From positions 39,250 to 103,249 of the forward strand of contig CAKZZL010000014.1 in NCBI GenBank assembly GCA_937884995.1: DNA of 64,000 nucleotides, given 5' to 3'. Numbering within the stretch: the first letter of the stretch is position 1; each line of letters opens with the position of its first letter. Below, one piece after another: positions 58,867 to 64,000 of the stretch. The notes under the pieces are model-generated. The model made no database searches. It had not been told where the DNA came from and saw nothing but the letters and a program-made list of their open reading frames with translations. This DNA is from an uncultured Clostridia bacterium (GTDB lineage Bacteria; Bacillota; Clostridia; Oscillospirales; Acutalibacteraceae). Both the position numbers and the translations under genes were made by a program.

Positions 58867-59022
58867 ATGTTCAGGAAGAAACAGGAGAAAAGGATCGTTG
58901 AACTGAATGCTTCGGAAGTGCGCCTGCTGCTTAAGGCTCTGATGAATTTCAGAAACAAAGTCATGAACGCGGGAAAGCCAACGGAGGATATCAACGAGCT
59001 GATCCTTATGATAACCAAATAA
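58867..59022 (+). CDS. small hypothetical protein (51 aa)
   Basis: Start chosen at the ATG at 58867 (MFRKKQEKRIVELNASEVRLLLKALMNFRNK...) with AGGTGA upstream. The track ORF starts at 58813. Confidence 0.45.
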   Translation: MFRKKQEKRIVELNASEVRLLLKALMNFRNKVMNAGKPTEDINELILMITK

Positions 59023-59039
59023 ACGCATACAAAAACAGG

Positions 59040-59084
59040 GCCGCGAGGTTGAGACTGATGTCAAAGCTTCGCGGCTTTTTCTTT
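59040..59084 (+). terminator. rho-independent terminator
   Basis: Stem GCCGCGA / TCGCGGC with an inner TTGA/TCAA pairing, then TTTTTCTTT. Confidence 0.55.
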
Positions 59085-59098
59085 GGAAAGGAGTTTTT

Positions 59099-59233
59099 AT
59101 GACAACAGACGAAAAGAACAGACTGAAGCAGTATTTCGAGAAGCTGCTGGATTCCCTTGAGGACGGCGAGATCCACGTCGTACCGCTGGAAGACGAAACA
59201 GAAGAAACGGACGGCGATGACGATGCAGTATGA
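59099..59233 (+). CDS. possible 44-aa acidic protein upstream of radC
   Basis: Below the track cutoff. ATG at 59099 lies after GGAAAGGAG. My translation is MTTDEKNRLKQYFEKLLDSLEDGEIHVVPLEDETEETDGDDDAV. It overlaps the radC start region. Confidence 0.4.
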   Translation: MTTDEKNRLKQYFEKLLDSLEDGEIHVVPLEDETEETDGDDDAV

Positions 59234-59753
59234 GATGGATCAGGTATCGATCCGGATGGTCAAGGAGCCTCCGCTGATCTCAAAAGAGCCTATAACCGGA
59301 CCCGAAAGCGCTGTGAACATCCTAGGAGAGTATCTCAGTGATTTCGACCGTGAGCTGATGATCCTGGTGAATCTGAGGACCGACGGCAAACCGATCAACA
59401 TGAATATCATGAGTATCGGCACGATCAACGGATCTATTGCTGTCCCCAGAGAAGCGCTTAAGGCGTCGATCCTGTCGAACGCCGCTGCGGTCATGCTCTT
59501 CCATAATCATCCGTCCGGAAATCTCAGGCCTTCGGTGGAAGATATCAAAATAACGGACCGCATGATCAAGGCTTACGAAATGCTTGGCATGTCAGTGCTG
59601 GATCATATCATACTGGGCCCGGACAGACAGTTCTATTCCATGAGGGAGCACGACGTTTTCGATCTTCCCTGCACGGAGTACTGCGCTGTTCTGGAAGATC
59701 TGGATTTCAAACCGCTGAAGCCGCAGAATAGAAGCCGCGATGAAGCAAGATAA
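59217..59753 (+). CDS. radC: RadC-like JAB/MPN domain protein
   Basis: JAMM motif HNHPSGNLRPSVEDI and LDHII. The start is ambiguous (ATG at 59217, 59223 or 59235). The track start at 59157 is probably too far upstream. Confidence 0.85.
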   Translation: MTMQYEMDQVSIRMVKEPPLISKEPITGPESAVNILGEYLSDFDRELMILVNLRTDGKPINMNIMSIGTINGSIAVPREALKASILSNAAAVMLFHNHPSGNLRPSVEDIKITDRMIKAYEMLGMSVLDHIILGPDRQFYSMREHDVFDLPCTEYCAVLEDLDFKPLKPQNRSRDEAR

Positions 59754-59764
59754 GGAGAAAACAC

Positions 59765-60709
59765 ATGCCCTATATTGAACCCGAAGTACTGCAGCAGGCC
59801 CGCCAGGTGGACCTGCTTTCTTATTTGCAGGCAAACGAACCCGGAAACCTGGTACGCCTTTCCGGGAACAACTACTGTACCCGCGACCACGATTCACTGA
59901 AGATCAGCAACGGGAAATGGCACTGGTTTTCCAGAGAGATCGGCGGTTATAACGCCCTGGATTACCTGATCAAGGTCAGAAATTATACGTTTCCGGAGGC
60001 GGTTGAAGCGGTTGTCGGCCCCGGTGCCATCACACCGGTTCCTCTCAAGAAGGAGTCTGTGAAAAAGGAACCGAGAAAGCTCCTGATGCCGGAGCTTGAA
60101 AAGTATCCGTACCAGGCCAAGCGCTATCTGAAAAGCCGTGGGATTCATCCGGTCATCATCGATTACTGCATCGAGCACAGTCTTCTGTTTGAGTCGGCCG
60201 GATACCACAACGCTGTTTTCGTCGGATATGACAAAAACGGCATCGCAAGGTATGCCGCCATGCGCGGCACACAGTCCAGGTACAAAAGTGAAGTCACTGG
60301 CAGTGACAAGCACTTCTCATTTTCGATCACGGCAACCCCTGACGCGGAACACGTCCATCTTTTTGAGGCCGCAATCGATCTTTTGAGTTATGCCACGCTG
60401 GAGCTTTACGAGGGGCGCGACTGGAAACGGGACGCGCTCCTTTCTCTTGCCGGAGTCTTTAAGACCAAGCGTGAGAACGTCGTGCCTGTAGCGCTGCAGC
60501 AGTATCTGGAGGATCATCCCGGTATCAGTACGGTCCATCTTCATCTGGACAATGACGAAGTGGGGCGCGGCGCTGCGTCCGGGATTATCGGCGGTTTGGA
60601 CGAAAAATACACTGTCCTGGACGAACCGCCTGCCTACGGCTGCAAGGACGTGAACGATGAACTCTTGGCAAGAGTCGGAATCAGAAAAAAGGAGGAAATG
60701 GAGAGATGA
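59765..60709 (+). CDS. DUF3991 plus toprim domain protein (ICE primase-like)
   Basis: 314 aa with RBS AAGGAGA upstream. The C-terminal toprim-like segment is VHLFEAAIDLLS...HLHLDNDEVGRGA. Typical partner of MobC/relaxase in Tn1549-like elements. Family from memory. Confidence 0.78.
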   Translation: MPYIEPEVLQQARQVDLLSYLQANEPGNLVRLSGNNYCTRDHDSLKISNGKWHWFSREIGGYNALDYLIKVRNYTFPEAVEAVVGPGAITPVPLKKESVKKEPRKLLMPELEKYPYQAKRYLKSRGIHPVIIDYCIEHSLLFESAGYHNAVFVGYDKNGIARYAAMRGTQSRYKSEVTGSDKHFSFSITATPDAEHVHLFEAAIDLLSYATLELYEGRDWKRDALLSLAGVFKTKRENVVPVALQQYLEDHPGISTVHLHLDNDEVGRGAASGIIGGLDEKYTVLDEPPAYGCKDVNDELLARVGIRKKEEMER

Positions 60710-61440
60710 CGGATATCAGAATCTATCAGATCGATCTGGACAGGGACAACGACGGCGTTGCCTTTGAACCCTACGGAAATCTGGCCCGCTATCAGGGCAG
60801 TCCGGACGTCAATCCGGCGCTTTATGACAAGGTATTCGACGGTGCGGTGGATGCTTCAGACATTGAAGATATCTACCGCATTTTCAATGCCGAAAAACCG
60901 GAAGGATACGAAGGCAGATCTCTTTCCGTATCCGATGTCGTCGAGATCGTAAAGACGGATGATATCAAGCCCGGCTTTTACTACTGCGACAGCATCGGTT
61001 TCAAACCGGTCCTGTTTGACGCGGAGCACGTAAAGGAACCGGAAAACGAAAAGATCACGGTCGTGATGCTGGAACCCGGTAAGGTCGCAAGGACCGCCGA
61101 GATCGGCACCTCCCTTGCGGATCTGCAGAAGGCCGTCGGCGGCATGATCGAAGCCTACTATCCCTTTGAAGAGGAGGTCTGCATCGTCTGCAACGACGAG
61201 GGTAAGTTCAACGGGATGAGTCCCTGCAGAGCCGTCTATGATCCGGAAGGAAGAATGATGGATATCATCTTCGGCCCGTGCTTCATCTGCGACTGCAGAG
61301 GCGAAAACTTCGGTTCCCTCAGCCAGGATCAGATCAAACGTTATACGGAACAGTTCAGGAACCCTGAACACTATTTCAGAATCGGCGGCGAGATACGAGC
61401 CGAACCTTATGAACCGAAGGTCCACGACCTTTCGAGGTAG
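60706..61440 (+). CDS. YodL-like N-terminal domain plus DUF3846-like C-terminal domain protein
   Basis: 244 aa. ATGA overlap with the upstream gene. The N-terminus IRIYQIDLDRD...YEGRSLSVSDVVEI is YodL-like. Family assignments from memory. Confidence 0.65.
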   Translation: MTDIRIYQIDLDRDNDGVAFEPYGNLARYQGSPDVNPALYDKVFDGAVDASDIEDIYRIFNAEKPEGYEGRSLSVSDVVEIVKTDDIKPGFYYCDSIGFKPVLFDAEHVKEPENEKITVVMLEPGKVARTAEIGTSLADLQKAVGGMIEAYYPFEEEVCIVCNDEGKFNGMSPCRAVYDPEGRMMDIIFGPCFICDCRGENFGSLSQDQIKRYTEQFRNPEHYFRIGGEIRAEPYEPKVHDLSR

Positions 61441-61558
61441 CCTGCGGTGAAGGTCGCAAGGGTCTGCGGCATTTTACCAGCAAGCATCGCCTTTTGACGG
61501 CAAAAGGCAGCTTGTTGGGGTAGCCCCAAACCCTTGCACTCGGCTGAAAGGAGGAATT
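61441..61558 (+). other. candidate origin of transfer (oriT) region
   Basis: 118-nt intergenic segment immediately upstream of mobC-relaxase. It has two perfect hairpins, GCCTTTTG-ACGG-CAAAAGGC (61489-61508) and TTGGGG-TAG-CCCCAA (61515-61529), followed by ACCCTTGCAC. Confidence 0.35.
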
Positions 61559-61873
61559 ATGGCAAGACGCACGGTCAAGATCGACCTGCGCTTAACGGAA
61601 AGCGAGGCGGCTGCGCTGAACCGGGATGTACAGAAGGCGGGCGTCTCCCGCGAAGCCTATCTGAGAGCTCTGATCCGCAGGATGCCGCTGAAGGAGAAAC
61701 CATCAAAAGATGTGATCGACGTCCTGAGGAGCCTGCAGCAGATCAGCAACAACATGAATCAGATCGCTGTGAAAGCGAATGCCAAAGGCTTCGTGGACAC
61801 GGCTTCTTACTGGGAGAATGTCAGATGGTTGCGGGATACGGTGAGCAAGCTGATGGAGGTGTTTTTTTCGTAA
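61559..61873 (+). CDS. mobC: MobC-family relaxosome accessory protein (ribbon-helix-helix)
   Basis: 104 aa with RBS AAAGGAGGA upstream. The segment LRSLQQISNNMNQIAVKAN is typical of MobC/BmgB-type proteins. Confidence 0.85.
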   Translation: MARRTVKIDLRLTESEAAALNRDVQKAGVSREAYLRALIRRMPLKEKPSKDVIDVLRSLQQISNNMNQIAVKANAKGFVDTASYWENVRWLRDTVSKLMEVFFS

Positions 61874-63315
61874 TGGCAACCACATCCATCTGGAGAGTCA
61901 AGGGATATATCGGAAAGGTCCTTCTCTACGCGGAGAACCCGGACAAGACGACGGAGCCGGAAGTGATCAAAGTCCCGGAGAGCGCCGACAGGGATTCTCT
62001 CGGCGACGTGATCGCCTATGCAGGCCGCGAGGAAGCGACCAACCAGAGGCAGCTCGTCTGGGGCATCCACTGCACTCCCGAAACGGCGCGAGACGACATG
62101 CTCCGGGTCAAAAAGGCCTACGGCAAAGAGGACGGAACGATCGCCTATCACGGGTACCAGTCATTTGCCGAAGGCGAGGTCACGCCGGAGCTTGCTCATG
62201 AGATCGGCATCCGGCTTGCGCAGGAGGTCTGGGGAGAGCGCTATCAGGTCCTGGTTTGCACGCACCTTGACAAGAAGAATCACATTCATAACCACTTCGT
62301 GGTGAACACGGTCTCCTTCGTGGACGGGATCAAATATCACCGGACCAATGAAGACTACCAGCTGATGAGGGATGTATCCGACAGGCTGTGCCGGGAATAC
62401 GGACTATCCGTTGTGAAGCATCCGGAAGGCAAAAAGAAAAACTACGGTGAATGGCAGGCTGAGAAAAACGGCAAGCCAACCTACCGCAGCAGGATCCGTG
62501 AGGATATCGACCGGGCAATAGCGGCTTCTCTTACGGAATCGGAGTTCTACGACGCCCTGGAGGAAATGGGCTACGAACTGAAGCTTTTTGCCGCATCCGG
62601 CAAAGAACTTCAGCGGCCGTCGCTCCGTCCGAAAGGCTCGGAACGTTTCTTCCGATTTGACCGGCTCGGTGAGGACTACTCGCTGGATGAGATATCCAAC
62701 CGGATTCTGGAGAATATCCACAGAAAAGATCCGTTCCCGGAGGAAACGATGGAGACTGTCCGGAAGTACCGTTCTTCCCACCCGCCGAAATGCAAAGCAG
62801 GCGGACTGGCCCGGCTGTATTACTTCTACTGCTACGAGCTTCATATCATTGTCCGGTTTCCTGCTTCCGTGCAGAAGGTATCGCACTTTATGCGGGAGGA
62901 CATCCGGAAGCTGGACAGGCTGGATGCTCAGACCCGGTTCCTCGGAGAAAACAGCATTGAGACCTATGAAGATCTGGAAAGCTACCAGGATCGGGCCGAG
63001 GAAGAGATCGGATATCTCAAGCGGGACCGGGATCAGCTGCAAAACGAGCTGAAGCGCGTCATCCGGAAAGGCGACGAGGCCGAGATCCTGGCGGTAAAGG
63101 GCCGGATTTCCGTTATAAGCGCTAAGATCCGGAAACTCAGAGACAATATTGAAATCTGCGGCAGCGTGGAGAAACGCGCCGCGCAGCTGCAGGCTGAATA
63201 TGACAGTCTGCATAAAGAAACCAATGTAAAGGAGGAATCGACTGATGAACTACTCAGGGGAAGCGGCGGAACAGGTCGTGAGGATGAGCCTCAACGGCGT
63301 GGAAGTCGCGGCTAA
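61873..63315 (+). CDS. relaxase/mobilisation nuclease (MobA/VirD2 family)
   Basis: Start chosen at the ATG at 61873 (MATTSIWRVKG...), overlapping the mobC stop as TAATG. It has the histidine triad HLDKKNHIHNHFVV. The upstream part of track ORF 61534..63315 overlaps mobC in another frame and is rejected. Confidence 0.9.
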   Translation: MATTSIWRVKGYIGKVLLYAENPDKTTEPEVIKVPESADRDSLGDVIAYAGREEATNQRQLVWGIHCTPETARDDMLRVKKAYGKEDGTIAYHGYQSFAEGEVTPELAHEIGIRLAQEVWGERYQVLVCTHLDKKNHIHNHFVVNTVSFVDGIKYHRTNEDYQLMRDVSDRLCREYGLSVVKHPEGKKKNYGEWQAEKNGKPTYRSRIREDIDRAIAASLTESEFYDALEEMGYELKLFAASGKELQRPSLRPKGSERFFRFDRLGEDYSLDEISNRILENIHRKDPFPEETMETVRKYRSSHPPKCKAGGLARLYYFYCYELHIIVRFPASVQKVSHFMREDIRKLDRLDAQTRFLGENSIETYEDLESYQDRAEEEIGYLKRDRDQLQNELKRVIRKGDEAEILAVKGRISVISAKIRKLRDNIEICGSVEKRAAQLQAEYDSLHKETNVKEESTDELLRGSGGTGREDEPQRRGSRG

Positions 63316-64000
63316 GATCAGCGGCAAGGCGGCCGAAAGGCTTGCGGTGCTGCTGTATGCAGTCCTGCGGGATCAGAAGAAAACCAGCGGCAAAATCCGC
63401 CTTACCAACATGCTGAAGAGCGGAAAAGAGCTGAAGGTTTTCGCCGTAAAGGACAGCGAACTCAAGAAGTTCTGCGAAGAGGCAAAAAGGTACGGCGTGC
63501 TTTACTGCGTCCTGAAGGATAATACCGCAAAAGACGGGCTTACGGACATTATGGTACGCGCCGAGGACGCCAGCAAGATCAACCGTATATTTGAGCGTTT
63601 CAATCTTGCGACTGTAGATATGGGTTCCGTCAGAGCGGAAATCCAGAAAGCAAAGGACGCAAAAGCGCAGACTGGCGAGGATATTCCTGCGCCGGAACGC
63701 GTGCAGACGGTTGACGACAAGCTGAATCAGTTTCTGGAAGAAGTGGTCAGGGATGAACCCAACCCCACGGCTGAGCAGCCGGAAAATCAAAACCCCACCA
63801 CGGCCCGGACTGTGAAGTCCCGTCGGTCCGAGCCTTTATCAGAGAACAGAAGGTCCCCAGACGGCGTGGGCGGCCCTGAGCCTGAAGAACCGGATTCACG
63901 TCCCTCAGTCAGAAAGGAACTGCGCAGCATCCGGGAGGAGCAGAGACAGAGGCCGTCTGAAGGGATCCGCGAGAACGTGCCGGAGGCAGAACACATCCCT
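63245..64000 (+). CDS. PcfB-like (DUF3801) conjugal transfer protein, partial (open at window end)
   Basis: Not in the ORF track because there is no stop before the window end. ATG at 63245 lies 8 nt after AAGGAGGA. My translation is MNYSGEAAEQVVRMSLNGVEVAAKISGKAAERLAVLLYAVLRDQKKTSGKIRLTNMLKSGKELKVFAVKDSELKKFCEEAKRYGVLYCVL.... The frame stays open for 252 codons. Confidence 0.75.
   Translation, partial: MNYSGEAAEQVVRMSLNGVEVAAKISGKAAERLAVLLYAVLRDQKKTSGKIRLTNMLKSGKELKVFAVKDSELKKFCEEAKRYGVLYCVLKDNTAKDGLTDIMVRAEDASKINRIFERFNLATVDMGSVRAEIQKAKDAKAQTGEDIPAPERVQTVDDKLNQFLEEVVRDEPNPTAEQPENQNPTTARTVKSRRSEPLSENRRSPDGVGGPEPEEPDSRPSVRKELRSIREEQRQRPSEGIRENVPEAEHIP

Larger units (their letters stand above)
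48990..64000. mobile_element. left part of an integrated conjugative element (Tn1549/CTn-like gene set), truncated by the window end
   Basis: There is a sharp rise in G+C. By hand count, 22/60 at line 47641 versus 34/60 at line 53221. Coding switches to all plus-strand. The genes are ParA, ParB-like, an LPXTG-type adhesin, ArdC, RadC, DUF3991-toprim, MobC, a relaxase and PcfB. The left boundary is uncertain and lies anywhere in 48636-49020. No integrase is in the window. Confidence 0.85.

Noticed and set aside
57765-59018. 417-aa minus-strand ORF antisense to ardC
   Set aside because: It is a shadow ORF typical of GC-rich coding DNA. It has no RBS and a low-complexity, unrecognisable sequence. 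The plus-strand frame has a clear ArdC architecture (the HELSHSTGH metalloprotease motif) and an RBS.
61534-61872. N-terminal 113 codons of track ORF 61534..63315 (the relaxase extension)
   Set aside because: This part overlaps the well-supported mobC frame and has an arginine-rich, nonsense-like composition. The relaxase homology starts at the ATG at 61873, which overlaps the mobC stop (TAATG).

Overview
This window has two parts. Bases 1 to about 48.9 kb are an AT-rich Firmicutes/Clostridia-type chromosome, with hand-counted 60-nt lines at roughly 35-40% G+C. Almost every gene there is on the minus strand and is housekeeping. Recognisable genes include rpsT, a sigma-70 family factor, phosphoglucomutase, a TPP riboswitch with thiT, recD2, RNase P RNA, galE, a SpoIID-domain protein and two tandem class B sortases. 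The same segment carries CinA-C/thiI/cysteine desulfurase, a sortase with a surface-protein mini-operon, a ClpE-like ATPase, pgsA, cvpA, truA, ecfA1A2T, glmM, ruvABC and xth. It ends with a transglutaminase-like secreted repeat protein, a small redox gene cluster, an initiator tRNA-Met, carAB, type III glutamine synthetase and a stand-alone GMP synthase ATP-pyrophosphatase subunit. Just downstream of guaA (about 48.6-49.0 kb) the composition jumps to roughly 55-60% G+C and all supported genes switch to the plus strand. This is the left part of an integrated conjugative element of the Tn1549/CTn-like kind, and it runs off the window end. It encodes ParA, a ParB-like protein, a lipoprotein and a 1404-aa thioester/CnaB-type wall-anchored adhesin. 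These are followed by a translationally coupled cassette of small proteins, ArdC, a RadC/JAB protein, a DUF3991-toprim protein and a YodL/DUF3846-like protein. The last genes are MobC, a MOB relaxase and a PcfB-like ORF that is cut by the window edge and absent from the ORF track. No integrase, CRISPR array or known defence system is visible. The least explained signals are four: an ORF-free, hairpin-dense, roughly 400-nt GC-rich leader upstream of parA; the word-repeat spacer between guaA and the element; the small-protein cassette next to ArdC/RadC, which may have establishment or anti-defence roles; and a candidate oriT upstream of mobC. All family assignments come from motif recognition by eye and need HMM or BLAST confirmation.
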